Shown here one piece after another: positions 9,919 through 20,197 of a stretch of DNA of 64,000 bases (positions are counted from its first letter, which is position 1; every line of letters starts with the position of its first letter). This stretch comes from a bacterium. GTDB taxonomy: Bacteria > SZUA-182 > DTGQ01. Both the position numbers and the translations under genes were made by a program. Below the pieces are notes generated by a model. That model did no database searches. It saw only the letters and a program-made list of their open reading frames with translations, and had not been told where the DNA came from. The stretch is taken from NCBI GenBank assembly GCA_040752695.1, contig JBFMGO010000019.1, positions 1-64,000 on the forward strand, written 5' to 3'.

Positions 9919-11559
9919 TCAGGTTTTTCCCCTGGTTTTTTGGGTGTGTATTTTGCTTTCCTTACCCTGGCTCATGGGAAGCATGATTTCTACTCGCAAT
10001 CCCCCCAAAGATGAGTGGCCGGCTGTAATCTTTCCCCCGAATATCTCTTCGACAATACTCTTGCAGATGGCCAGGCCTAAACCGCTTCCACCATTGGTGC
10101 GGGTTCTTGCGGAATCAATCCGGTATAATCTTTCAAAAATGAGATCAAGCTTTTCTTCCGGCACCGCCGGAGCTGAATCTTCAATAATCAGATGGAGTTC
10201 CGCCTCGGTCTGGCATTGGCTTATTCGCAGAATTCCGGGAGGGTCTGTGTAACGAATCGTATTTTCAAACAGATTGGAGAATACCTGCGCAAGTCTGTCC
10301 GGATCTCCCTGAACCATAACGCCTTGATCGGGGTCCAGATGTTCCTTAACCGTTATGTGTTGCTGAATAAACCTGGTGTTGAAGATCTTCAGGGTATCGT
10401 TCAAGATGAGAAAAGCGTCCACAGGTTCTTTTTTATGAGATAATACCCTGGTATCGAATAGGGATAATTCGTGTAAGTCATGTATTATCCTGTTCAGAAT
10501 CATCACTTCCGCATAGAGCGAATCGATGGTTTCCTTACTTATATCCCGCACACCATCCTGCAGAGCTTCAATTTCACCGCGCAGGATGGTCAGTGGAGTC
10601 CTCAACTCGTGTGCTATGTCGGTAATCCACTGCTGACGCATACGCTCATATTTTTCCAGTGTCTGGGCCATGGTATTAAAATCGAAAGCCAGTTGTCCCA
10701 ATTCATCTGTGGAATTTACCTGTATCCTCGTTCCAAATTTTCGCAAAGCTATCGCCTGAGCCCCTTCGGTCAATTGCTGAATGGGCCTCAATAGATGCCG
10801 TGAGAAGAAAAAGGAGACCAAAGCCGCAAGGAACAACACCCCGCCGCCGATAATTGCAAATGTCTTGGATTGGCTATAGATAAAGGTACTTTCCAATGGG
10901 CTCGATAAGTTCTTTCTCTTTTTGAGCCCCAGCCACCCAACCCTTTTTCCCTCAACGACAATTTCCTTGAGAATATGATCCGCAGATGAAAGAGCTTCTC
11001 CTGCAACCGGTTGCTCCTGATTATCGAAAAGCGAGATCCTCGGCACCAGCATCAAGGGATCATGACCCGGCAGAGGGGGGGGCGGGTGCCATCTGTTTCT
11101 TCTCCCTGCCGGCGGCGGAGGGGGCCAGGGAGGAGGCCATGCATTCCTTTCCCCCTCTGGCGGCGGTCCCATCCGCGGTGGGTTCCCTTGATTCCCATCC
11201 CCCTTTGGTGGTGGCATTCTATCTCTTTTTTCAGGAGGAGGCGAAGATGGTGATGAAAATACTGAGCCGTTGAAATCATATCGAGATACGACGGGTCTTA
11301 CTATTCCATGCCAATAAAAGGGATCTTTCAGATGACGCCATCCCTGATGCTTTTGATATTCCAGACTCAACTCATGAACAAGATCACCCAGTTTTTCCAT
11401 TTCCACCTTATTTACATAGTCCGCAAAATTTCTGAAAGAATAAAACTGCATGATCAGAACCATGAAGACGACGATCATCAGGCAGTTCAACAGGAAAACG
11501 GAGAATATCTTATAGGAAAGCTTTGTCTTCACCAGGCAATCCCTACTATTAGGAGGCAA
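9919..11559 (-). CDS. HAMP sensor histidine kinase (BaeS-like) with Pro-rich periplasmic insert
   Basis: 2 TM, HAMP (DELGQLA..FN.MA), H-box DIAHELRTPL, N-box NLFENTIRYT, GGSGLGLAI; true start may be GTG near 11532. Confidence 0.93.
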   Translation of the reverse strand: MPPNSRDCLVKTKLSYKIFSVFLLNCLMIVVFMVLIMQFYSFRNFADYVNKVEMEKLGDLVHELSLEYQKHQGWRHLKDPFYWHGIVRPVVSRYDFNGSVFSSPSSPPPEKRDRMPPPKGDGNQGNPPRMGPPPEGERNAWPPPWPPPPPAGRRNRWHPPPPLPGHDPLMLVPRISLFDNQEQPVAGEALSSADHILKEIVVEGKRVGWLGLKKRKNLSSPLESTFIYSQSKTFAIIGGGVLFLAALVSFFFSRHLLRPIQQLTEGAQAIALRKFGTRIQVNSTDELGQLAFDFNTMAQTLEKYERMRQQWITDIAHELRTPLTILRGEIEALQDGVRDISKETIDSLYAEVMILNRIIHDLHELSLFDTRVLSHKKEPVDAFLILNDTLKIFNTRFIQQHITVKEHLDPDQGVMVQGDPDRLAQVFSNLFENTIRYTDPPGILRISQCQTEAELHLIIEDSAPAVPEEKLDLIFERLYRIDSARTRTNGGSGLGLAICKSIVEEIFGGKITAGHSSLGGLRVEIMLPMSQGKESKIHTQKTRGKT

Positions 11560-11768
11560 TCCTTACCATTAGGACTTGGAATACATCATTCTCTCTCATT
11601 GTAATGAGTTTCTTTTGACAACGCAATACTCCCACATGTTTTACAGTATTTCTTCACATTTTTTCCATGATTGCCCGTTAGCATTCATTGCCCATGAATA
11701 TTCATTGCCCGTTAGCATTTTCATGAAGCAAAAGGGTGTACAAGGTTGTACAAAGAACCACTGATACG

Positions 11769-13034
11769 TTATTTCGAGAGAGCCTGGAGCCGGACAGCCA
11801 GTGTGGAGAGTAAACTGATGGCCATAATCGCCAGGGCTATCGATTGGGCGGCAAAGGTAAATCCGGCGGTTCGAAAAAAGCATGGTAAGATTCTTACTCC
11901 CAAGCTGCCGCCCAAAAAGACAATAAAACTATTAAAAGAAGAGGCATTGCTCCTTATGCTTTCAGGGAAATCCAGCCAGGAGGAGACAGCCATACTGTGG
12001 ATCATTGCTCGCGCTATGCCAAAGATGAGCATTATGAGAACGATGATCCAGGTCCAGGAGACCTTAAAAAGAAGCAGCGAGATGGCCAAAAGGAAAAATC
12101 CTCCCTGGATAATTCTGTCGGATGAGAATATCCTGGAAATTTTCCCTATCATAAAATTCATCAGGATTGAACCAATTATGGATAGAGGAAGTATATATGA
12201 TATATCCAAGAGGGATAGTCTATAATATGTTTTCAGGTGATAGCCGAAATATGAGTAGAAGCCTGTACAAATAAAGCTATTGATAAAAATTAAAATAAAT
12301 ACGTTGATATGGTTGCTTTGGGCAAAAATGGTCACATAATTTCCCAGTAACCTTTTTACTCCCATTTTCCTCCTCTTGTCACACCTCAGCAAGTCCTGCC
12401 TGGGAAAAAGCGCGACAAGTAAAAACAGAGCTATTACTCCCATTATGGCAGGTATCAGGAAGAGTAATCTCCATGAAAAATAACCGCTTAACAATGTCCC
12501 TGTAATCCCGGCCACCGAGTTGGCTCCAAAAAGGTATCCTATTTTTTCCTCTTTTGTCTCGTGGAAAAGATCTTTAATAATCGTTAAACTCGTCGGAGCT
12601 ACAATTGAACCTGATATTCCGCACCATATCCTGCATATCAGTATGAGTTGATAGTTTCTCACCAGGGCAATAATACAGTTCAAAAGAATGATCAGGTGCA
12701 TGGATATGATAAGTGATTTATATCTGTTCAGGATTTCATGGAAAAAGACAACAAACAGAGCAGATATCCCATAAGCAAACATATAATAATAAATAATTCG
12801 GCTTGCTGAAGCAAAATCCAGCGAAAACTCTTTTATCAACTGGTTCAGCAAATTGGGCATTGCCGAAACATTGAAAAATATGACAATATTACAAAGTATC
12901 AAAATATAAAAGCTCACCGTATACTTACCAAGACCTCTTGCCATGCTTAATCTACTCTCTTCTATCATGATGTGATTAGAGAAGGATCTATGCTCTTTCA
13001 ACGAAGTTTCAGAATAAAGAAAAAACCGGGGCAC
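11769..13034 (-). CDS. MFS transporter
   Basis: About 12 hydrophobic helices, LILICRIWCG, GANSVAGITGTLLSG; AT-rich; start uncertain. Confidence 0.8.
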   Translation of the reverse strand: MPRFFLYSETSLKEHRSFSNHIMIEESRLSMARGLGKYTVSFYILILCNIVIFFNVSAMPNLLNQLIKEFSLDFASASRIIYYYMFAYGISALFVVFFHEILNRYKSLIISMHLIILLNCIIALVRNYQLILICRIWCGISGSIVAPTSLTIIKDLFHETKEEKIGYLFGANSVAGITGTLLSGYFSWRLLFLIPAIMGVIALFLLVALFPRQDLLRCDKRRKMGVKRLLGNYVTIFAQSNHINVFILIFINSFICTGFYSYFGYHLKTYYRLSLLDISYILPLSIIGSILMNFMIGKISRIFSSDRIIQGGFFLLAISLLLFKVSWTWIIVLIMLIFGIARAMIHSMAVSSWLDFPESIRSNASSFNSFIVFLGGSLGVRILPCFFRTAGFTFAAQSIALAIMAISLLSTLAVRLQALSK

Positions 13035-13275
13035 CTATGCTGACGCATGTTGAGTACACCGGTTCGTTACAGCGTTTTTTAAGGCCAGGCGGCTTTCCCG
13101 CCACTGGAAGGGATTGACCTCACAAGATATTAATTCCAAAAGGGAGTGCCCCCGATCATAATCCCAGTCCCGGTCCCTGCCTGGTTTTGAACCTTAGAAT
13201 AACCTTTTTTTCAATACCCTCATCGCGACGATATCCTTGTGCAGGCATCCCGATTGTGCGGGTATCCCGATTTTT

Positions 13276-13659
13276 TTACTTTTGCTCTCCCAGAGATTTT
13301 TTTAACGCTTCGCTGACAGCCATTTTTATTGCCCGGCTGCTGCCGCTGGCACCGGTTATCGCATCGATATCCAGGCTTTGTTTTTGGACAAATTGTTCGG
13401 GGATTCCTTCCCTGACCGCTTTATTTCTCCATCCGAACGCCATAACATCGATTATCCTTACCTGTTCGATTTTTCCGCTCTTCATGGTCACTTCCACCTC
13501 AGCTCTCTCAAGACCTTTCTTGACCTTCCCGATATAGATACCGTCGTGTACATTTTTCAGGCTTTCATCCGGCAGGAAGTCATAGGGGGTCTTTTTCAGG
13601 CAACTGGTAAGAAGCAGGGAAATAAGACATACAACAACAAGCAGGGAATACTTCTGCAT
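13276..13659 (-). CDS. FMN-binding lipoprotein
   Basis: Lipobox LLTSC, DGIYIG, IDAITGASGSS flavinylation-type motif; GGAGGG RBS before ATG 13659 (ORF track extends to 13788). Confidence 0.85.
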   Translation of the reverse strand: MQKYSLLVVVCLISLLLTSCLKKTPYDFLPDESLKNVHDGIYIGKVKKGLERAEVEVTMKSGKIEQVRIIDVMAFGWRNKAVREGIPEQFVQKQSLDIDAITGASGSSRAIKMAVSEALKKSLGEQK

Positions 13660-13879
13660 ACTGAACCCTCCAAATCCAATCGCTTGAACTCGTTTGAGCT
13701 GGCAATACCTGCTCAAGAATCCAATCAGGTCAATTTCAAACAAGTCAACGAAAGGAGGGAACGTGATATTCTTCACCTTCCCCTCCAATCCAAGGGCATT
13801 GTTATAACTTTCAGGCTTCCCCCCTTTGAGATCTTTGAAGTAAAGCGTACGGCCTGCCCTTAAGCCTGCTGCCGTTACC

Positions 13880-15055
13880 TTAACCTGCTACCGTTACCAG
13901 GGCTTCTTCCAATCCGGCATCTTTTCGCAGTTGATCTGCCTTGTCGGTTTTTTCCCAGGTAAATTCCGGTTCATTCCTCCCGAAGTGGCCGTAAGCGGCA
14001 GTCTTTTTATAGACAGGACGTCGAAGGTCGAGATGCTTGATAATGCCACGGGGGGTTAAATCGAAATTGTCCCAGACGATTTCTCTGATTTGGTTCAGTG
14101 GAATCCGCCCGGTGCCAAAAGTATCCACCATAATGGAAACGGGCTTTTCCACACCTATGGCATAAGCCAGTTGCACCTCGCAGCGCTCGCAAATCCCGGC
14201 AGCTACAATATTTTTGGCAATATAGCGGGCCATATAGGAAGCTGAACGATCCACTTTGCTGGGATCTTTTCCGGAAAAAGCCCCTCCGCCGTGACTTCCC
14301 AATCCGCCATAGGTATCGACGATGATTTTTCTCCCGGTCAGGCCGGTGTCGCCCATGGGCCCGCCGACCACGAACCGTCCTGTGGGATTGACATAAAAGA
14401 CCGTGTCAGAGTCAAGGAGTGATGGATCAACTACCTCTCGAATGACCTGGCTTATGATATCCTCCCTGAGGGTCTTGTTATCGACTTGCGGGCTGTGTTG
14501 AGTAGAGATGACTACGCTGTCCACCCTCACCGGTTTGTTATCCACGTATTCCAGCGTCACCTGGCTTTTGCCGTCAGGCCGTAAATAGGCAAGAGTGCCG
14601 TTTTTCCGCAGATCAGCCAGTCTTTGGGCCAGCCGGTGGGCTAACAGGATGGGCTTAGGCATAAGAGTTTCGGTTTCATTACAGGCATAGCCGAACATAA
14701 GCCCCTGGTCTCCGGCACCTCCGACATCCACTCCCTGGGCAATGTCAGGGGACTGCTCATCAATGGAAGTGAGTACAGCACAGGTCTGGTAATCAAAACC
14801 ATATTGAGCATCCGTATAACCAATTTCCCGAATCGTGCTGCGGACAATTTTGGGTATGTCTACATAACACCTGGTGGTGATCTCTCCGGCTACAAAGGCT
14901 AAGCCGGTAGTCACTAATGTTTCGCACGCCACTCGTCCCATGGGATCCTGGGCTATAATGGAATCCAAAATCGCGTCCGAGACCTGATCCGCTACTTTAT
15001 CCGGATGTCCTTCGGTGACCGACTCTGAGGTAAAGAGGAAATCTTTCTTGTGCAT
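13880..15055 (-). CDS. metK: S-adenosylmethionine synthetase
   Basis: [44 protein letters not shown]. Confidence 0.98.
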   Translation of the reverse strand: MHKKDFLFTSESVTEGHPDKVADQVSDAILDSIIAQDPMGRVACETLVTTGLAFVAGEITTRCYVDIPKIVRSTIREIGYTDAQYGFDYQTCAVLTSIDEQSPDIAQGVDVGGAGDQGLMFGYACNETETLMPKPILLAHRLAQRLADLRKNGTLAYLRPDGKSQVTLEYVDNKPVRVDSVVISTQHSPQVDNKTLREDIISQVIREVVDPSLLDSDTVFYVNPTGRFVVGGPMGDTGLTGRKIIVDTYGGLGSHGGGAFSGKDPSKVDRSASYMARYIAKNIVAAGICERCEVQLAYAIGVEKPVSIMVDTFGTGRIPLNQIREIVWDNFDLTPRGIIKHLDLRRPVYKKTAAYGHFGRNEPEFTWEKTDKADQLRKDAGLEEALVTVAG

Positions 15056-15167
15056 GGCGTTACTCCTGGCCTTCGTTATTTCGTTGCCGTTTCAGATTAA
15101 ATGAGCAAGTAAACACGTATGTAAATAAATAAGTAAGTAAGTAAAGCATGGCGAGTTGCTGCTTTCG

Positions 15168-15212
15168 CCTTGCCTACCCTTGCCTATCCTTGCCTACCCT
15201 TGCTTACCCTTG
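15168..15212. repeat. 10-bp tandem repeat (CCTTGCCTAC) x about 4.5 overlapping ACP stop codon
   Basis: ccttgcctac ccttgcctat ccttgcctac ccttgcttac ccttg. Confidence 0.85.
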
Positions 15213-15476
15213 ATATGCAAGTATGAATTTGTTCACCAGTTGTCCATAGGTTTTCAGTTCCTCTCGTCTACTAATGAAAATGTTGAACTTTTTCTTGATG
15301 GTATCCAAAAGCTCGACCTGTTGCAACGAGTCGAGCCCCAGATCCTCTTCCAGGGATGTTTCTGGTTTGATCAAATCATCGGCAATCTCGAATTGTTCTA
15401 CAAGAATTGACCGGAGTGCTGCCTCCGCATTTTTATTTTCCGTTATTTCCTTATTGGTATCCTTATTGGTAATCAT
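15204..15476 (-). CDS. Acyl carrier protein of type II PKS
   Basis: 90 aa, LEEDLGLDSL phosphopantetheine motif; GGAGG RBS; follows KS/CLF. Confidence 0.93.
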   Translation of the reverse strand: MITNKDTNKEITENKNAEAALRSILVEQFEIADDLIKPETSLEEDLGLDSLQQVELLDTIKKKFNIFISRREELKTYGQLVNKFILAYQG

Positions 15477-15572
15477 ACATGAACCTCCATAGATTGGCTA
15501 TGAAAATGTGAGCGCATACTGGCTATCATATATTTATTGGCTACCGCTATTGGTTGCTGCGGCTATTCGCAG

Positions 15573-16832
15573 CTACGGCTCCCATCGCCGGATAATCATG
15601 GCCCTGTTGGCACCGCCCATTCCTCTTCCCAAAAGCAGTGCGGTGCGGACCTGTGCAGGTTGTGGCTTTTGGCCGACAAAGCGAAGGGGTGACTGAATAA
15701 CCGGCTCTTCCAGGTTCAGGGTTGGAGCGATGATTTCCTGTTGCATGGCCTTGAGGGCAAAGACAAGGTCAATAGCTCCTGCCGCTGCGATACCGTGTCC
15801 GGTGGCGCTTTTGGGCACACTTACAAAGGGTCTTCCGGCAGCAGGGCCGAGGGCCAGCATAAGAGCCTCGATCTCTGACCGGTCATACTCGACATTTCCG
15901 AGCCCTGCCGGGCTGACCAGATCGATTTCTTCTTCGCTCAGGCGGGCGCTTGCCAGAGCTTCACGAATCGCTCTGGCATAATGGCCGGGATCGGTGCTGG
16001 GTTTCATCATGTGACTTGCGTCCATGGTTGCGCCAAATCCCAGAACTTCGGCCAGAATTCTTGTTCCCCGTGCCTGTGCATGTTCGAGGTCTTCCAGAAC
16101 GACCATGGCTGATCCTTCGGCCATGACCATCCCTGTGGCCTTTCTGTCCAGAGGCCGGTACACGCTTTCGGGCGGTCCGTCACTGGTTGACAGCCAGCCT
16201 GAAGCATGGTAGCAGACCAATCCGTAGGGAGCGATTCCGGCTTCTCCTCCACCGCATAAACTGATATTCAGCACGCCGTTTCTGATCAGCCGGTATCCGG
16301 CATTCAAGGCATCAAAAGAGGCTACACACTCGGTGACGAAGGTTTTGCCGTATCCTCGCATATCGTAGGATATGGTGATCTGCCCTTGTGTAGCTGCATA
16401 GAACCAGGCTATGGCCTGATAGGGACCGATAGCGCCGGGGTCTTTGGCCGTGTACATTTTGGCTAACTCTTTCTCTCCGAATTCGGAACCACCCATATTG
16501 TTTCCGAACTGAAAGCCGATCAGGTGTGGATCTCCCATGTTTTTCGGATCAAGAGCCGCATCGAGCAGGGCCTCTTTGGTGGCCACAAAAGCATATTGGG
16601 AAACGACATCCGTCTGTGCCCTGAACTGTCGGCTGATAGCATGCTTTAAAGGATCGAAGTCTTCTACCATACCGGCTACGGCCACAGGGATTTCAGCAGC
16701 GGGAAACCGGGTAATGGGCTTGATCTGAGATTGCCCCGAAAGGATGTTATTCCAGAAATCATGGACGTTCTGGCCTCCGGGAGCAACAATTCCCTGTCCT
16801 GTGATAACGACGCGCTTTTGCATATGAGTCAT
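15573..16832 (-). CDS. Type II PKS chain length factor (KS-beta), atypical
   Basis: YQAIAWFYAATQGQITI matches aromatic CLF signature (YQSFAWFYAVNTGQISI type); VPKS..G; lacks first catalytic His; VTECVAS where CLFs usually have VxEQAG. Confidence 0.88.
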   Translation of the reverse strand: MTHMQKRVVITGQGIVAPGGQNVHDFWNNILSGQSQIKPITRFPAAEIPVAVAGMVEDFDPLKHAISRQFRAQTDVVSQYAFVATKEALLDAALDPKNMGDPHLIGFQFGNNMGGSEFGEKELAKMYTAKDPGAIGPYQAIAWFYAATQGQITISYDMRGYGKTFVTECVASFDALNAGYRLIRNGVLNISLCGGGEAGIAPYGLVCYHASGWLSTSDGPPESVYRPLDRKATGMVMAEGSAMVVLEDLEHAQARGTRILAEVLGFGATMDASHMMKPSTDPGHYARAIREALASARLSEEEIDLVSPAGLGNVEYDRSEIEALMLALGPAAGRPFVSVPKSATGHGIAAAGAIDLVFALKAMQQEIIAPTLNLEEPVIQSPLRFVGQKPQPAQVRTALLLGRGMGGANRAMIIRRWEP

Positions 16833-16845
16833 CCTGAGCTTTCAC

Positions 16846-18108
16846 CTAAGCTGCAATTTCGGTTAAGCTGATGCAGGAATGAAGTCCCGAGAAGCCGCTG
16901 GCATTGGAAATAACCGTGTGCACCTCGGCCTGCCTGGCTTTATGGGGTACATAATCCAAATCACACTCAGGATCGGAAAACTCGATGTTGATGGTCGGAG
17001 GAATCACATCGTACATAAGAGAGAGCACGCTGGCGATAATTTCAATGCTTCCGACTCCCCCAAGCGCATGTCCGATGCAGGATTTGATAGAACTTATGGG
17101 GATCTTGTAGGCAGCGTCTTTGAACACGTTTTTATAGGCTCCTGTTTCATGGGAGTCGTTCTGCTGCGTAGCACTGCCATGAGAGTTGATGTATTGTACC
17201 GAATCAGGCGAAAGTCCCGGATCGGTCAAACATTTTTTGATGGAGTAGGCAGTTTCGATCCCATCGGGTTTTAAGCCGGTCATATGAAAAGCGTTGCAAT
17301 TGGATGAAAAACTGATGATCTCGGCTAAGATGTGCGCCCCCCGTGCCCTGGCGTGCTCATATTCCTCCATGATAATGATGCCGCTGCCTTCCCCCAGTAC
17401 AAAACCATCCCGCTTGGCGTCAAAGGGGCGCGATGCCCGCTTCGGATCATGATTCCAGGACGTGGAACAGGCACCGATTTTATCGAAGGCTGCCAGGGTG
17501 ATAGGACAGATCGGCGCCTCGGACGATCCGGTAACCATGACCACTGCCTCACCGGACCTGATCAGTTCAAAAGCATAGCCTGCAGAATCAAGCCCGGTCG
17601 TGCAGCCGGTGGATATGCCGATAGCGGGTCCGTGTAATGTGAACCTTTGGGCAATTTCCGAGGTTATGGCATATGGTGAAGCATAAAGGTACAGGTTCTT
17701 ATCCACCGCTCTCCAATCAGGAGGACAGGCACCATCTTTGGTGGCTTCCCGCCAGTTTTGCTCCATCCTGGCAGTACCGCCGATGGCGCTGTTGATACAG
17801 GTTCCAATAAGACTGCGATCCTCCTGCGTCAAATTCAGTCCTGAATTCCTGACCGCTTCATCGGCAGCGATGACCGCAAACTGGATATAACGGTCCATGC
17901 GGCCGATTTCCTCGTCAGTCAAACCAAGCTCTTTTGGGTTAAAATCCGGCACTATCGCAGCGACCTGTGACCGAAAGGCTGAAGGATCAAATAAATCGAT
18001 CTTCTGTACCGTGGATCTGCCTTCGCATAGTCCCTGCCAGAAGGCAGGGACACCAATTCCCATGGGTGTAACCGTACCCATGCCTGTAATGACAACACGC
18101 TTCACCAT
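16846..18108 (-). CDS. Type II PKS ketosynthase alpha
   Basis: STGCTTGLDSAG active-site Cys, NAFHMTGL, INSHGSATQQND, ISSIKSCIGHALG, DPECDLDYVP: aromatic KS-alpha signatures rather than FabF. Confidence 0.95.
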   Translation of the reverse strand: MVKRVVITGMGTVTPMGIGVPAFWQGLCEGRSTVQKIDLFDPSAFRSQVAAIVPDFNPKELGLTDEEIGRMDRYIQFAVIAADEAVRNSGLNLTQEDRSLIGTCINSAIGGTARMEQNWREATKDGACPPDWRAVDKNLYLYASPYAITSEIAQRFTLHGPAIGISTGCTTGLDSAGYAFELIRSGEAVVMVTGSSEAPICPITLAAFDKIGACSTSWNHDPKRASRPFDAKRDGFVLGEGSGIIIMEEYEHARARGAHILAEIISFSSNCNAFHMTGLKPDGIETAYSIKKCLTDPGLSPDSVQYINSHGSATQQNDSHETGAYKNVFKDAAYKIPISSIKSCIGHALGGVGSIEIIASVLSLMYDVIPPTINIEFSDPECDLDYVPHKARQAEVHTVISNASGFSGLHSCISLTEIAA

Positions 18109-18251
18109 AAATGTAGCCTCCTTAAATGTATCGTTATCCTTAATTTAATAGGGCTATGATTGAAAATCCTGATATTTTTTCCCCGGCTTAAGAGGACCAG
18201 AGGGCCGGGAGCCACCCTCTCTTGGCCTGATGGGCAAATCCTTCTCCCCTC

Positions 18252-19421
18252 TTAAGAGGGCCAGAGAGTGCCGTCGATAAGGTTATCCACCTTGCTGTCG
18301 AAGGCAGCAAGGGCTTCTTGATTGCTTTCCTCCGTAGTACGCACACTTCGCTCTGCCCAGCGCTGACAGATGGTACAGGACCGGCAGCCGACAAGTTCAC
18401 AGTGCTGGCCCATGATTTCCTCAAGAAATCCATCCAGGGCTTTATTATCGATATAAAGCGGGAACCGCTTTCCGGCGCAGGATTTCAGATAGTCTCTCTT
18501 TACCAGATCCGGCCTGTTCAGCAGTTCCCCTGCCACCTGCTCTGAACCTGGTTCATCGGCAAATCCGAAGGGGACAAGATCCACGAGATTGCCGCAATAC
18601 TCACGCCGTGAGTAGGCACTGACGACCCGCCGCAGCCAGGCGGAGGACTTCTTCCGATCGGCGAGTTTAAACAGGGTATAGCCGATCTGTTCATAATAAT
18701 GAAGATCCTCGGGCCGCACCCAGTCTCCGCGGATAAATTCCACAGGATCACTCAGCCGCTTCAGGGTGCAAAGGCTGTAGCAGTAGTCAATGAAAAATCC
18801 CCGCTGGCTTCCGTGAATCTCCGTACTGTGGCCGACCGTATTGGCATGGTAATACTGGAATGGACATTCATGAAGACAGGTATTATTGACATAGATCTGA
18901 AGTTCGCACTTCACTGCCTTGCGCAGCGCTTTCAGCACCGGGGAATTCCTGGTGAGCGATTGTGAAAGGGTGATCAAATCAACCCCCATATCTTCGAGAA
19001 TCCTGGCTTTTCGTATGCTGTCCACATGACAATATACCGATGCAGCCACCTGGATATGAGGGAAATGACGTTTGATGAATTGCAGCAAAAAGGGTGTGCC
19101 TACGGTAATCCTATCAACACCGATCTCCGAAAGCCAGCCCATGAACGCCAGAAGTTCCCTGTGGCCCTCACTGGTGAATTCTCTTCCCCCGGCGCACGGC
19201 GCATTGAGGAGATAGGTAAACTCAAGATCATGGGCATGAACTTCCCTGATGTAATCCTCTACAGCCGGCCGGTCGATCTGAGGAAGAAGAAACGCCGGAC
19301 GGCCGCCGCCGATGATATCAAGGGGAAGCTTGCCGAAAACATCCTTGACCTGATACTGCCTTAACTCGGCAACGAACTGTTTATCCCAATTACATGCTAA
19401 ACTGAATTGCAATAATGGCAC
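18252..19421 (-). CDS. U32-family Fe-S protein (candidate O2-independent hydroxylase)
   Basis: YLLNAPC, ASVYCHV, Cx3C-x27-Cx3C cluster, WVRPEDL..Y, FKLADR, extra C-terminal Cx4Cx2Cx2C. Confidence 0.85.
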   Translation of the reverse strand: MPLLQFSLACNWDKQFVAELRQYQVKDVFGKLPLDIIGGGRPAFLLPQIDRPAVEDYIREVHAHDLEFTYLLNAPCAGGREFTSEGHRELLAFMGWLSEIGVDRITVGTPFLLQFIKRHFPHIQVAASVYCHVDSIRKARILEDMGVDLITLSQSLTRNSPVLKALRKAVKCELQIYVNNTCLHECPFQYYHANTVGHSTEIHGSQRGFFIDYCYSLCTLKRLSDPVEFIRGDWVRPEDLHYYEQIGYTLFKLADRKKSSAWLRRVVSAYSRREYCGNLVDLVPFGFADEPGSEQVAGELLNRPDLVKRDYLKSCAGKRFPLYIDNKALDGFLEEIMGQHCELVGCRSCTICQRWAERSVRTTEESNQEALAAFDSKVDNLIDGTLWPS

Positions 19422-19442
19422 CTCCTCTTTTCTCTCTTCTCT

Positions 19443-20192
19443 TTAGCCATAAACGTTATCAGCCCGAGTGGACTGGCCGGTCACCTCACCGCTCATGATC
19501 TCAATGACTTCGCTTTCCCAGAAAGTTCCCTTGGGAACTTCGACGCGCAGCATCTCGTGAGGGGAATGAATGTTGAACCAGAATTTTACCCTGGGAGCAA
19601 GATGCCTGGTCAGTCCCCGGTTGCCGACCTCAACCAGATGGCAGGCAAAGGTTCCGAGGCGGGTACTAAGGTCCACTTTCCCCTGATAGAGGGCATATTT
19701 TTTAACCACGGTCGGCCAGTGAAAAAGCTCACTGAACACGACCTTTTCTTTTTTTTCAAAGGGAAACCCTTGCAGGGAAAAGGCGTAGAGATTAGGTTCC
19801 ATAACGCCCATAGGTACCGTGACCCACTCGCACAGATCACGGCCCGGTATGTTCAGATGGGCGCGCTCCTTTTCGTACGTTACCTGAAGGTCATCGAGGT
19901 GAGGCACGCCGCCGCTTCGCTGCTCAAGGCGCATTGGCCAGAGTCCCTGCCGGGAGAGAATCCCGAAGCGAAATCCCTTCTTCCATCGCCACTGCACCTC
20001 ATAGCAGTCCGCCGGGTTGCCTGATAAATTGTTTGAAGAGCCGGATGATACGGCTCTCACCCGCTCCTCGATCTCAATTTCCACCTTCCCGTGAACACGG
20101 TACAGCGTACGCACAGGATTGCGGTCAAGGCCCGGATCCTGGAAGAGAAAGGGTTTTAATGCCCCTGGTAAATGAACCGATTTGTGCTCCAT
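19443..20192 (-). CDS. Hypothetical protein (DUF3108-like beta fold)
   Basis: 249 aa in operon; TRLGTFACHLVEV...KFWF segment resembles DUF3108 C-terminus. Confidence 0.55.
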   Translation of the reverse strand: MEHKSVHLPGALKPFLFQDPGLDRNPVRTLYRVHGKVEIEIEERVRAVSSGSSNNLSGNPADCYEVQWRWKKGFRFGILSRQGLWPMRLEQRSGGVPHLDDLQVTYEKERAHLNIPGRDLCEWVTVPMGVMEPNLYAFSLQGFPFEKKEKVVFSELFHWPTVVKKYALYQGKVDLSTRLGTFACHLVEVGNRGLTRHLAPRVKFWFNIHSPHEMLRVEVPKGTFWESEVIEIMSGEVTGQSTRADNVYG

Positions 20193-20197
20193 GAATA

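Noticed and set aside
15056..15203. SAM riboswitch upstream of metK
   Set aside because: Only simple repeats seen; no SAM-I core recognisable
15573..18108. KS pair as FabF, aryl-polyene or ladderane-type synthase
   Set aside because: STGCT.GLD and AWFYA signatures plus three aromatic cyclase types, and no KR/DH genes, indicate an aromatic type II PKS
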